A DNA stretch of 64,000 bases from a virus. Its lineage: Duplodnaviria; Caudoviricetes. The position numbers and the translations under genes were made by a program. The DNA is taken from positions 1-64,000 of the IMG/VR virus record IMGVR_UViG_3300022660_000065. One strand, written 5' to 3'. The notes under the pieces were generated by a model. That model ran no database searches. It was not told the DNA's origin and saw only the letters and a program-made list of their open reading frames with translations. This document shows positions 1 through 10,050 of the stretch, in pieces (the first letter of the stretch is position 1; the number at the start of each line of letters is the position of its first letter).

Positions 1-1
1 A

Positions 2-214
2 TATGCATGTAGGCCTGCAGCAAATTCAAAATATGACATCAAACAAGTCATTGATGCTGTAAAAAAATCGGCTGAAATGCCTAACGGAATTTTTTATAAA
101 CAAATAGCACATAGGTATGCCCCTGAACAGTCAACATATTGGATTATCGTCGAAATTGTACCAAAAGAAAATTACGGGAAGCAATTATCTCTCAATATGG
201 AAGATGAGCAATAG
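2..214 (+). CDS. 3' end of hypothetical protein (starts before window)
   Basis: Frame open from base 2 to TAG at 212-214, followed by a terminator hairpin. Confidence 0.6.
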   Translation, partial: YACRPAANSKYDIKQVIDAVKKSAEMPNGIFYKQIAHRYAPEQSTYWIIVEIVPKENYGKQLSLNMEDEQ

Positions 215-245
215 TTGTTTAAACAAACATAAGAAATTGAATTAA

Positions 246-270
246 AAAGGGAGGTTATTAACCTCCCTTT
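246..270. terminator. bidirectional intrinsic terminator
   Basis: AAAGGGAGGTT-att-AACCTCCCTTT between convergent genes. Confidence 0.75.
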
Positions 271-275
271 AATGT

Positions 276-1325
276 TTATTCTTTCCTAATAGGCCCGAGT
301 TTTCTAAATGCTTTTCTGTTACTCATTTGTTCCTCCACTTCATCGTAATACATTAATGCAGCCGATAACATATAGTGAAAATAATTTTTCAAATAAACAT
401 TAGTCCTTTTCAAAAACCAATTTTTAAATTTTTGTGGACTCATGCTTTTTTTCTCGCTGTAAAGATTTCTATATGCTTCCCAAAACCACGGTTCCCAGTA
501 ATTATTTAATTCAGCAATAGATTCTTTCAAAAGTTGATATTCGCTCCACGCCTGAGTGTTTTGTATATCTTTAGGTAAATTTTCTCTTACTCCTCCAACT
601 GACTTAAGGTATGAATAGGTAGATGTTGCCGCAGCAGATAATTCTGATTTATCCCATAAACGATGGAAAATATTCTCCATGTGTTTCCCATATTTATCGT
701 CCGTCAAATTCTTTTGAACTTCATTTGCTTTCAAACCCGCAACAAGAAATGTATCTTCATAATCACCTGTTTGTAAAAATTTTAATTGCCTTTTCCATGT
801 CTCATAAGCGTGATTAAGTTCATGATAAAGAACATTACGAATTGAATAATCAATTAATTCCCCTTCAACACAAAATCCTTTTAGAACAATAGATATACTA
901 TTTAATTTACCATCAACAATTTCATGGTCATTCCTAACAGTAGTATCACCTCTTCCAAATTCCAATGATTTATTTAGAGGTTCACTTTCAGGCATATCAA
1001 TGATTTGGACATTAAGTGTGAGGTTATTAATAAAATCAAAACCTCGTGTTACATTGGAAGGTACATTGAAAATCCATCCTTTCTTACCATTTTTGGTCTG
1101 TGAATTATAATCCGACATAAAGACATAGTCTTCAATATAATCTATCACCCCATCAATAGCCGCATTATATTTAAAACCCGCAACATGTTGTTTTTCAACA
1201 ATAAGTAAAGCCTTTGCTTCCGATTCCGTTAAATTATTCCTATATAAACTTATTTCGGAAGCAAGGGGCTTATTTTCAATGTTTCCTATAATTCCTAATA
1301 TCCTTTTTAAATCGGATTTTCCCAT
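276..1325 (-). CDS. zincin-like (HExxH) metallopeptidase-domain protein
   Basis: VLYHELNHAYE motif preceded by hydrophobic strands; 349 aa. Confidence 0.55.
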   Translation of the reverse strand: MGKSDLKRILGIIGNIENKPLASEISLYRNNLTESEAKALLIVEKQHVAGFKYNAAIDGVIDYIEDYVFMSDYNSQTKNGKKGWIFNVPSNVTRGFDFINNLTLNVQIIDMPESEPLNKSLEFGRGDTTVRNDHEIVDGKLNSISIVLKGFCVEGELIDYSIRNVLYHELNHAYETWKRQLKFLQTGDYEDTFLVAGLKANEVQKNLTDDKYGKHMENIFHRLWDKSELSAAATSTYSYLKSVGGVRENLPKDIQNTQAWSEYQLLKESIAELNNYWEPWFWEAYRNLYSEKKSMSPQKFKNWFLKRTNVYLKNYFHYMLSAALMYYDEVEEQMSNRKAFRKLGPIRKE

Positions 1326-1329
1326 AGAA

Positions 1330-3477
1330 CTAAATGTGCATTACTCGGTCATTAATCTCTTCTGTTTTACCTTTGTTCCAAAAAGTTGAGCCTATATAAC
1401 CGCAAGTTCTGCGGACAACTGTCAGTTTGTTTTTATCAGTACAGCCACATTGCGGGCAATACCAGGTTCCTTCATCATCACACGCCATTTCACCCATGAA
1501 ACCACACTCCCCACATGAATCACCATTTCGAGTATTGATTTCTGCATACTGTATTGTTTCATACATATAATCCACAATTTCTGAAAGAGCCTCAAGATTA
1601 TTATCCATATTAGGTACCTCTATATAAGAAACCGCACCACCCTTGCTTCTCTTTTGGAACTGAGACTCGAACTTAAGTTTTGCGAAAGCATCAATAGGTT
1701 CAAGAACATTTACATGGTAAGAATTTGTAAAATATTCCTTATCAGTAATATCCTTAATCACACCAAAACGCTTTGCTGTTTTCTGAGCGAACTTATAGGT
1801 AAGACTTTCAGAAGGAGTACCATAAAGTGAACAACCATGAAGACCCTTAATCTTTCGCCATTCAATTGTTTTTGCTTCAAGATAATCCATTACACGAAGA
1901 GCAAATTCTTCACCGGCCGGTGCAGTATTAGAGCAACCCTTCATGACTTTTACCATTTCATACACTCCTATGTAACCAAGTGAAATTGAACTATAACCTC
2001 CATCAAGAAGATGGTCAAGATTACCATCCTTCTCAAGACGGGCTATTGAACCGTACATCCAATGAATTGGTGATACTGTTGGCTTTGCTCCACGAATAAG
2101 GCCATCTCGAAGAATCAACGCTTCCTTACAAAGTTCAAGACGTTCATCAAGAATATCCCAAAAACGTGTTTCGTCTCCTTTTGCTGAAAGGGCGATGTCA
2201 ACCAAATTCAAAGTAACAACGCCACGATTAAAACGACCATAGAATTTATATTCACCATTTTTATCTTTCCATGGTGAAAGGAAACTTCTACAACCCATAC
2301 AAGGGAATACGTTGCCATCAAACTGCTCTCTCATGATTTTTGCTGAAATAAAATCAGGGTTCATACGTCTTGCTGCACATTTAACTGCGAGGTCGGTAAG
2401 CCAACGATATTCCGAATCCTGAGGAACATTATTTTCATCAAGAACATAGAGAAGTTTAGGGAAAGCCGGGGTTACTTTAACACCATATTCATTTTCCATG
2501 CCTTCATATCTAAGATTAATCATTTCTTCGATAATCATTGCAGTTTCTTTAATATATTCAGGTTTCTCGTTAAGCCACATAAAAATACTTACGAACGGAG
2601 TCTGTCCATTTGACGAACTAAATGTGTTTTCTTGAAACTGAATTGTCTGCACACCACCTTTTACCTCATCACGAGTTCTTTTCCACGCAATTGTTTCGAT
2701 ATCTTTAGCAGAAAGATTTGCATTAACCAAATTTGATTCTTCTTCAATCTTCTTCTTCCACTTTTCAAAAGAAATTCTCACAAATGGTGCAAGGTGCGAA
2801 ACTGAAAATGTTTGGCCGCCATATTGTCCATTAGCCACCTGAAGTGAAATCTGAGTAGCAACAGTACATGCTGTTTGGAATGACTTAGGTTTACGTATCT
2901 TCTTACCATTAATTACAGTTCCATTCTGCAACATATCATCGAGATTAATAAGCTGACAGTTGAAAATTCCCCTGTGAATCATATAATCAGTATCATGGAC
3001 ATGAATCAACCCTTCATTATGAGCATTAAGAAGATGCGTAGGCATAATATGTCGTTCAGTATAAGAACGGCTTTCTATACCAGCAATAAGGTCCCTCTGT
3101 GTTGAAATAAGTTGTCCATCTTTATTCGAATTTTCATCAAGAGTTGCTGTATTAGTACCATCAATCACCCCAAAAATAGCATCATCAACAATGCTAACTG
3201 ATTCCTGATAAGCCTTTGTCGTCTTATAACGCTCATAAGCACATGCAGTGAGTTCCTGCCCATATTCATTAAGTTTGTTTATTACAAACTTATCAACATC
3301 TTTAGATGCAACAGAATCTTTTTTGCTGAATCGTTCATCACACTCCTCAACAATAACATGAGCGATTCTTGGTCTAAGAAGTCCACTACCGCTTTTCATT
3401 GCGTTAATAATAGACTTATAGATTTTCGAAGAATCATATACCTGCTCCTGTTTGTTTTTCTTTATAAACCTAGCCAT
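1330..3477 (-). CDS. nrdD: anaerobic (class III) ribonucleoside-triphosphate reductase
   Basis: N-terminal ATP cone, HIHD-like HVHDTD, PCMGCRSFL, CxxC...CxxC zinc site, C-terminal glycyl-radical motif RRTCGYIG. Confidence 0.97.
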   Translation of the reverse strand: MARFIKKNKQEQVYDSSKIYKSIINAMKSGSGLLRPRIAHVIVEECDERFSKKDSVASKDVDKFVINKLNEYGQELTACAYERYKTTKAYQESVSIVDDAIFGVIDGTNTATLDENSNKDGQLISTQRDLIAGIESRSYTERHIMPTHLLNAHNEGLIHVHDTDYMIHRGIFNCQLINLDDMLQNGTVINGKKIRKPKSFQTACTVATQISLQVANGQYGGQTFSVSHLAPFVRISFEKWKKKIEEESNLVNANLSAKDIETIAWKRTRDEVKGGVQTIQFQENTFSSSNGQTPFVSIFMWLNEKPEYIKETAMIIEEMINLRYEGMENEYGVKVTPAFPKLLYVLDENNVPQDSEYRWLTDLAVKCAARRMNPDFISAKIMREQFDGNVFPCMGCRSFLSPWKDKNGEYKFYGRFNRGVVTLNLVDIALSAKGDETRFWDILDERLELCKEALILRDGLIRGAKPTVSPIHWMYGSIARLEKDGNLDHLLDGGYSSISLGYIGVYEMVKVMKGCSNTAPAGEEFALRVMDYLEAKTIEWRKIKGLHGCSLYGTPSESLTYKFAQKTAKRFGVIKDITDKEYFTNSYHVNVLEPIDAFAKLKFESQFQKRSKGGAVSYIEVPNMDNNLEALSEIVDYMYETIQYAEINTRNGDSCGECGFMGEMACDDEGTWYCPQCGCTDKNKLTVVRRTCGYIGSTFWNKGKTEEINDRVMHI

Positions 3478-3492
3478 TTTTTATCTCCTATA

Positions 3493-4002
3493 TTATTTTA
3501 AAAATCTTTTATTATCTTCAATATCGTCAGCCCTGACAAACTCTCCATTAGCATGTCTCCAAATTCGTTGGTTAGAGGAACCTCTAAATCTTAATTTTTT
3601 GCCCGCAAGGTGCTCTTTGAACTGTCCGTCAACAACATAGTCACAATTCTGAAGAATCATTTTCTGAGTTTCATCCAATTTACCATCAATCTTAAACCCC
3701 GTCCAAAGCCAAATCGTCTTTTCAGGAAATTTTACCTTAACCTCTTCCAATAGTTCAACAAGGGCTTGGCCCTGAATTAACGGTTCGCCACCCAACACAC
3801 TTAAACCATCACAATGTTCATCCTCCAAATATGAAAAAAGTTCTGATTTTGCATCATCATCAAAAATCTCCCCCGAGTTTTTATCCCACAATTCAGGATT
3901 AAAACATCCAGGGCAATGGAAATCGCAACCCGTAAAGAAAATAGAACATCTAATTCCACATCCGTTGCTTATATCATACCTCTTAATTTTAGAATAATTC
4001 AT
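3493..4002 (-). CDS. nrdG: anaerobic RNR activating radical-SAM enzyme
   Basis: GCDFHCPGCFN (CxxxCxxC), LGGEP, FRGSSNQR; directly upstream of nrdD. Confidence 0.95.
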   Translation of the reverse strand: MNYSKIKRYDISNGCGIRCSIFFTGCDFHCPGCFNPELWDKNSGEIFDDDAKSELFSYLEDEHCDGLSVLGGEPLIQGQALVELLEEVKVKFPEKTIWLWTGFKIDGKLDETQKMILQNCDYVVDGQFKEHLAGKKLRFRGSSNQRIWRHANGEFVRADDIEDNKRFLK

Positions 4003-4096
4003 ATCTCTTCTCCTTTTTGATTATAGGGTAAGTATAATTAGTTTATTAAATACAAAAATTACATTTCCACGAGGGGTGAAGCAATTTTGCAAAATA

Positions 4097-4151
4097 ATTG
4101 ATTATCAAGCAATTATAATTAGCATTTTTGTTTAACCGCTTGATAATCAAT
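4097..4151. repeat. perfect 14-bp inverted repeat, 27-nt spacer
   Basis: ATTGATTATCAAGC (4097-4110) and GCTTGATAATCAAT (4138-4151). Confidence 0.85.
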
Positions 4152-4171
4152 AGTGAAAATATTTTTAATTT

Positions 4172-5257
4172 TTATGCAATTTTTTTGTATCTACATTTCT
4201 CGTTAATCTTATCGAGAACCAAATTCTTAGTAAGTTTCAAGGACTTAGATTTTTTCATAGGAGTTTCATACATAAAATCATTCATAATTGTCTCCATAAT
4301 ATTTCTTAAGCCTCTCGCACCGACTTTGAGTTCATAGGCATATTTTGCAATTTCAGTGAGTGCATCTTTAGTGAAAGTAAGTTCGCAATCATCCATTTTA
4401 AAAAGTTTTTGATATTGGGAAACTAATGAATTTTTTGGTTCCGTTAAAATTAGTTTCAAATCATCAATTGTTAATTCATTAACATGAGTTATGACAGGAA
4501 AACGTCCAATGAATTCAGGAATAAGACCAAAAGTCTTAAAGTCCTGCGGTGTGGAGTATTTTATAAGTTCATCGCTCTTAACAACCGTTTTCTCATTAAT
4601 ATTGAATCCTATTTTACTGCCTCCAAGCCTGCTTTTAATAATATCTTCAATCCCCGGAAATGCACCTGAAGCAATAAAAAGAATGTTAGTTGTATCAATA
4701 TACAACAATTCCTGTTCAGGATGCTTTCTTCCTCCTTGTGGATGAACACCTACCATAGAACCTTCCACCATTTTAAGAAGTCCCTGTTCAACTCCTTCTC
4801 CTGACACATCTCGTGTTACCGAGACTCCCGCACCCTTTTTTGCAATTTTATCAATTTCATCAATGAACACAATTCCAATTTCGGCTGCAGGAATGTTGTA
4901 GTCACACTCACGAAGAAGACCTACCAATAACGATTCTATGTCGTCACCAACATATCCGCTTTCTGTTATTGAAGTTGCATTACCTATATAACAAGGAACT
5001 CCAAGCATTTTGGCAATTGTTTTAACAATAAGTGTCTTTCCACAGCCTGTATTTCCTGCAATAAGAATATTTGACTTTTCAAGTTCATCGTAACCATTGT
5101 TGTTGTTAAATATTTTCTTATAATGGTTATAAATTGCTACCGACAAAGCCTTTTTAGCATCATCCTGTCCAATAATATATTTGTCAAGATATTCTTTTAT
5201 CTCATGAGGCTTGTATTTCAAGCCAGTCTTTTCTAACTCTTTTCTAAAATCCGCCAT
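4172..5257 (-). CDS. clpX: ClpX-like AAA+ unfoldase without N-terminal zinc-binding domain
   Basis: IIGQDDAKK, Walker A GNTGCGKT, GYVG pore loop, DEIDKI, GGRKHP, IGF loop, GARGLR; ATG at 5257 preferred over ORF-track 5278 because the promoter lies at 5276-5307. Confidence 0.93.
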   Translation of the reverse strand: MADFRKELEKTGLKYKPHEIKEYLDKYIIGQDDAKKALSVAIYNHYKKIFNNNNGYDELEKSNILIAGNTGCGKTLIVKTIAKMLGVPCYIGNATSITESGYVGDDIESLLVGLLRECDYNIPAAEIGIVFIDEIDKIAKKGAGVSVTRDVSGEGVEQGLLKMVEGSMVGVHPQGGRKHPEQELLYIDTTNILFIASGAFPGIEDIIKSRLGGSKIGFNINEKTVVKSDELIKYSTPQDFKTFGLIPEFIGRFPVITHVNELTIDDLKLILTEPKNSLVSQYQKLFKMDDCELTFTKDALTEIAKYAYELKVGARGLRNIMETIMNDFMYETPMKKSKSLKLTKNLVLDKINEKCRYKKIA

Positions 5258-5275
5258 ATTATTTCTATTCTTAAG

Positions 5276-5307
5276 CAAAGATACTATTTTTTTAGAAACT
5301 TCCCAAA
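5276..5307 (-). promoter_or_regulatory. Bacteroidota housekeeping-sigma promoter
   Basis: TTTG-N20-TATCTTTG on minus strand upstream of clpX. Confidence 0.7.
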
Positions 5308-7038
5308 TTTTTGGGCACCAATTGTTTTTTTTACAGTTTTTTTTGTTTCTCCCTGAAGTTCTTGAATCATTTTTTTATAACCGTTTTGCGGAGCAAGATT
5401 AATTGCCATTTGTTTTCCAACAGGAATATCCAAAAGACGTTTAATTACTTCAAGTTTCTTTTTAATTTCAGCATTATGTTTATTACCCCTTTCTATCTTA
5501 AACTTATCTTCATTTATAAATTGAAGGGTTTGTTTTGCTCGTGTAATTGCTACATATTCGAGATTTTTTTCAGAAATAATCTCCCATTCCTTATCTGCGT
5601 ATACACTTGGCATAAGCGATTTTGAAAGGATGAAAACATTATCAGCCTCAAGACCTTTTGATTTATGAATTGTCGATAAGCACACTGCGTCATTTTTTCC
5701 CTCATTGAAGATTGTTTTAATCTTTTCAATCAACTCGTTACAAGTATTAATCCCCTCAGAAAGAATTTCTAATGAAGATATTGTATCGTAAAAATCCATA
5801 GCGGGGGCACTAAAACAAGCTTCATCTTCTGATAATGAATTCCGTTCCACCATAGTTTCAACTATCTTAAAATAGTTTTTATATAGATTACGGAATAATC
5901 CTTTATCGAATAATGATTTATTAAGTGGATAATCGTCACCTTCACCTTTGAATTGTTTTATAGTCTGAATTAGACTTTCTCCAATATCCTTCCCTCTAAT
6001 ATACGACTTTTTGTTAATTCTAAGATATTCGGTATATAGTTTTACGAGGGGATAAGTATTCCTACAAAGTACCATATCCCCCGGCTTTGGTGCATAAGGG
6101 TCCACATCATATTTAATACTCCCCATCATTGCATTTTCAGCAGCCTGAATCTCCGGTACAAATTTCTGCGCCATTTTAATCACCAATTCAGGGCAACGAT
6201 ACGATATCGGGAGTTTGAACTCTTTAGTATTAGGCATTTTTAGAAAATTATTAAACGCTTCAATATCAGCGCCCGCCCACGCATTGATACACTGTGAACT
6301 ATCCCCCACAGCACAAAACTTAGCTCCACGCTTGAAACATTTCTGAAATAATTTCTGTTGTACCGGTGAAGAGTCCTGAGCTTCATCCACGAAAATCCAA
6401 TCATAACTATGTTTTCTTGACCTTAAATCGAGTTCATAAGGTAACCATACCATATCAGTATAATCAACGGTTTCAAGGGCGGTTTTACCCCATTTTAAGA
6501 CGTTTTCAACAATCTTACACTCATTATCCACAAGAACAACATCATATTTATCTGCAATAGTTTCAATCTCTTTTTCTGATTGACATAAGTTGAAACGGGC
6601 ATAGTCGATTAGTTTCTCAATATTTTTAAGAAACGTACCGTAAAGAATTGGTGAAACCCCACCTTCATATCCAAGTTCGTAAAGGTTATTTCTGAAATAA
6701 GTTGTGTACTTATAATCATCCAATTCGGGTTTTCTTTTAAGGGATTCAGAAACAATTGAATAACCTAATGAATGATAAGTCATTATATTGACATTCGCAA
6801 CATCACCCACTTTTTCTTTGAGCGTATTCACAATATCCTTATTGAATGCAATGAAAAGTACTTTGCTGTTTTGTGGAATAAGCCTCAGTGCATTGACAAT
6901 CGTGGTTGATTTTCCCGAGCCTGCAACAGCATTAATGACCATATTAGAGGAACCATGTAATATATTCTCAAATATCAATTCCTGATATGGACTTGGTGTG
7001 AATTCTAAATTGTTATAATAAATCTTATGTTCTGACAT
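5284..7038 (-). CDS. UvrD/Rep-like superfamily 1 helicase
   Basis: AVAGSGKST, FVDEAQD, AVGDSSQCI, SYRCP, STIHKSKGLEAD, YVAITRAK; ATG at 7038 likely. Confidence 0.92.
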   Translation of the reverse strand: MSEHKIYYNNLEFTPSPYQELIFENILHGSSNMVINAVAGSGKSTTIVNALRLIPQNSKVLFIAFNKDIVNTLKEKVGDVANVNIMTYHSLGYSIVSESLKRKPELDDYKYTTYFRNNLYELGYEGGVSPILYGTFLKNIEKLIDYARFNLCQSEKEIETIADKYDVVLVDNECKIVENVLKWGKTALETVDYTDMVWLPYELDLRSRKHSYDWIFVDEAQDSSPVQQKLFQKCFKRGAKFCAVGDSSQCINAWAGADIEAFNNFLKMPNTKEFKLPISYRCPELVIKMAQKFVPEIQAAENAMMGSIKYDVDPYAPKPGDMVLCRNTYPLVKLYTEYLRINKKSYIRGKDIGESLIQTIKQFKGEGDDYPLNKSLFDKGLFRNLYKNYFKIVETMVERNSLSEDEACFSAPAMDFYDTISSLEILSEGINTCNELIEKIKTIFNEGKNDAVCLSTIHKSKGLEADNVFILSKSLMPSVYADKEWEIISEKNLEYVAITRAKQTLQFINEDKFKIERGNKHNAEIKKKLEVIKRLLDIPVGKQMAINLAPQNGYKKMIQELQGETKKTVKKTIGAQKFGKFLKK

Positions 7039-7059
7039 TTCTGTATAAGTTTTGTGGTG

Positions 7060-7090
7060 CAAAGATAGTGATTAAAAACGATTTTACAAA
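7060..7090 (-). promoter_or_regulatory. Bacteroidota housekeeping-sigma promoter
   Basis: TTTG-N19-TATCTTTG on minus strand upstream of the helicase. Confidence 0.7.
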
Positions 7091-7099
7091 CTATTTATA
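7089..7099 (+). promoter_or_regulatory. candidate late promoter AACTATTTATA (one of about 19 copies)
   Basis: Same motif recurs 10-60 nt upstream of structural and leader-bearing genes on both strands. Confidence 0.6.
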
Positions 7100-7124
7100 G
7101 TATATAACATTTGGAGGAGATAAT

Positions 7125-7496
7125 ATGGATAAGAAATATATTGACTTTATTTGCTCTTTACATGGGTACATGATTCGTGTAAAAGAAATACATTGGAGTA
7201 CAGATAATAATGCGGAACATCTTCTTTGTGATGAAGTTGAAGAAGCAATTCATGACCTTGAAGACCGTTTCGCTGAATGTGCAATGGGTATTACTGGTAA
7301 AAAAGTTAAAGTAGGTGACTTAAAACCTATGCTTCCCCATGCAACTAAGTTAAAAGACATGCTTAAGGAACTTGCTGACGAAACCATGGATATGAAAGAT
7401 AATTTCGATGGCTATCAGTATAGTGGTTTAGAGAATATCTGCGATGACATTATGGAAATGTGTGGAAAATACATGTATAGAACAACACAACGATAG
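7125..7496 (+). CDS. ferritin/Dps-like four-helix protein
   Basis: KEIHW...EHLLCDE...DRFAE pattern resembling Dps ferroxidase helices. Confidence 0.6.
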   Translation: MDKKYIDFICSLHGYMIRVKEIHWSTDNNAEHLLCDEVEEAIHDLEDRFAECAMGITGKKVKVGDLKPMLPHATKLKDMLKELADETMDMKDNFDGYQYSGLENICDDIMEMCGKYMYRTTQR

Positions 7497-8140
7497 TAAT
7501 GAAACTGAATTATAATGACATACGATATATAATTAATGAGACTACAAAGTGAATTATTGAAGGTGCTGAGTGGTCTCAAGGTCTTGCATGGGGTGGTGGT
7601 ACACGTGGCCGTAAAAACACAGCAAATCTCCACATCAACCAAGATAAAACTGACAAGGGCAATATCAGTGGTGATATGAATGCAGATACTCGTATGTTTG
7701 GTTCCAAAAATGATATATTATATGGTGATGGAACCATGAACAAAAATTATATGCCGTTAGCTCAAAGAGCAGGTCATTATAATTCTTTGAATAATTTTTA
7801 TCAACAAGTATTAGACTATTGCAACGGTAAAATACAATTATCCGATATTGATTTCCAAAATGCCCCATCTATACAAAGCAAAAATATACAAGAACTTATA
7901 AATAACGGGGTATCAACTGAAGACCTTAAAACTGAAATTTTAAGCCGCATATCACGTGATAATATGGATTCCACTGTAAAACAAATGACGTATAATAGAG
8001 TTCAACAAACAGCGAATCCTGAAAAAGTAAAACGTTATAATACAGGGATTGTTCCCGGCACTAACGTTAAGTTTATTGCATTATACACGATTAATGATTT
8101 TAACTTTAACGATGCAATCAAGCATGGTAAATTAAGGCCA

Positions 8141-8148
8141 AATAATAA
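8141..8148. repeat. 8-bp target site duplication, left (AATAATAA)
   Basis: Identical to 10426-10433. Confidence 0.92.
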
Positions 8149-8176
8149 GGGAACGATATACATGTTTACACTAAAA
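8149..8176 (+). repeat. left terminal inverted repeat
   Basis: GGGAACGATATACATGTTTACACTAAAA. Confidence 0.92.
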
Positions 8177-8192
8177 ATAGCGTAAATAACTG

Positions 8193-8222
8193 AAGTCCAG
8201 TCGAAAAAGACTGGACTTTTTG
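8193..8222 (+). terminator. intrinsic terminator inside IS left end
   Basis: AAGTCCAGTC-gaaaaa-GACTGGACTT followed by a T run; would block read-through into the transposase. Confidence 0.7.
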
Positions 8223-8279
8223 GTAACAACGGGTTAGATTATTGGTATATACTAATAACGAACTTAACCCGTTTGATAT

Positions 8280-9227
8280 ATGAAACTTCAGTTAGCACAT
8301 TTCAACTCACTCATTTCCCTCGTTACTTACTTCAACAACGACAAGCGTTGTCGTGATTTCATTACCGAACAGCGTTGGGGCGGCAATGTGACTTGCCCGT
8401 TCTGTGGATGCACCCATACTTACGTATGCTCCAACGGTGACAATCAGTTCAAGTGTGCAGATTGCAAGAAGCGTTTCTCTTGCCTCGTGGGTACAATCTT
8501 CCACAATACCAAATTGCCACTTCAGAAGTGGTTTATGGCAATGTACCTTATCTCATCACATAAGAAGGGTATCTCATCACACCAGTTGTCTCGTGACCTT
8601 GATGTGACACAGAAAACAGCGTGGTTTATTCTTCATAAGGTACGTACACTCTTTGCTCAGTACGATACTCCTGCTCTTGAGGGTGAGATTGAGTTAGATG
8701 AAATGTACCTTGGCGGTAGAGAGGCTAACAAACATCAGTCAAAGAAGACTGAAGGTACACAGGGACGTTCCACTAAAACGAAGACTCCAATCTTCGGTAT
8801 GGTTCAGCGTGACGGACTCGTTCACGCTCTTAAAGTGTCTGATACCAAGACATCAACCTTGCTCCCTATCATCAAGCAGTTCTGTGCTGAGAACTCTCAT
8901 TTCTTTACAGATGAGTTGAATTCGTACTCTTGCCTTGACAGAGCAGGAATCTCACATAGTGTTATTGAGCACGGCAAGAAGGAGTTCTCAAAGGATGGTA
9001 TCACTACCAATAGCATTGAGGGATTTTGGGGACACTTCAAGCGTATGGTTTTCGGTACATATCATTTCGTTAGCAAGGATTACCTTCAGCGTTATCTTGA
9101 TGAAGCGGTTTACCGCTATAATACACGAAAAGCGGACGAATCCGCCCGCTTTGCTGATATGTTTTGTAAGTCAATAGGTATCGTATCCTATGACGATGTG
9201 AAGATTACATCTATTGCTGTTGCATAG
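8280..9227 (+). CDS. IS1595-family DDE transposase
   Basis: Zinc ribbon CPFCG...CADC, HTH, ELDEMYLGG, FTDELNSY, TNSIEGFWGHFKR. Confidence 0.95.
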   Translation: MKLQLAHFNSLISLVTYFNNDKRCRDFITEQRWGGNVTCPFCGCTHTYVCSNGDNQFKCADCKKRFSCLVGTIFHNTKLPLQKWFMAMYLISSHKKGISSHQLSRDLDVTQKTAWFILHKVRTLFAQYDTPALEGEIELDEMYLGGREANKHQSKKTEGTQGRSTKTKTPIFGMVQRDGLVHALKVSDTKTSTLLPIIKQFCAENSHFFTDELNSYSCLDRAGISHSVIEHGKKEFSKDGITTNSIEGFWGHFKRMVFGTYHFVSKDYLQRYLDEAVYRYNTRKADESARFADMFCKSIGIVSYDDVKITSIAVA

Positions 9228-9963
9228 TTTGTTGATTCTTTTGCTGAATGGTTTGTAACCATTGATTACACAAATTTCGACCAATATTTAACACTTGCTG
9301 AACTGCGTTTCCCGTATTGTATTCAAACGTTTTATTGTACTGTGTTGACGAGGTAATATTAATTGTGCAAATACTATTACCGTTTGTTGTAAATGTGGCA
9401 TCACATGTAAATCCGTTACCATAGAACATATTCAATGTACATTCTATTTGTTTTCCTCTTGAATTATTAAGAATGGAATGTAATTGAGAAATTGCTTGTT
9501 GATTCACACGACTATTCGTTTTTAAGTCAACTCTATATTGTTGCCCCATACTCTCATTCAATACTCGTTTTACAGATTCTGTAATGACTTGTTTGAGTTC
9601 AGATTCTGAGATTCTAATCTTTTGTGGTCGCTTTGATTCGAATTGTACAGGACTACCATTACTTGCAGATGACACCCAATTGGAATTTGTATTCTTAGTT
9701 GTTATTTTCTTAGGAGCAACATTATCTGTAGTTATATTGACTCTCATTTGCGAGGTGTTATGAAGGTTTTTGTTAATCATATCTGAAACCATCTGAAAAA
9801 CTTCTTCCAAATCGCCATCTGTTATCACCCCACCGCCATTCTGTACGGTTCTAAGATGATTCTTCATATATGATGTAATCTGAGAAAATGAAGATGCTAT
9901 ATTAGCGTAAGCACCAGATAACATTTCTTCTTGCTCACTCCATTGTACCCTATTTCTTGCCAT
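9211..9963 (-). CDS. IS passenger protein with internal leader motif
   Basis: 250 aa; residues about 115-137 KIRISESELKQVITESVKRVLNE; GATATTTATA motif upstream (9997-10006). Confidence 0.8.
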   Translation of the reverse strand: MARNRVQWSEQEEMLSGAYANIASSFSQITSYMKNHLRTVQNGGGVITDGDLEEVFQMVSDMINKNLHNTSQMRVNITTDNVAPKKITTKNTNSNWVSSASNGSPVQFESKRPQKIRISESELKQVITESVKRVLNESMGQQYRVDLKTNSRVNQQAISQLHSILNNSRGKQIECTLNMFYGNGFTCDATFTTNGNSICTINITSSTQYNKTFEYNTGNAVQQVLNIGRNLCNQWLQTIQQKNQQTMQQQ

Positions 9964-10050
9964 ATCGTATTTGTTTTAAATTCACATTATTTCCTATATA
10001 AATATCTCGTAATTAGAAAAAAACATTAAATTCGCACAAATTCACACGCT

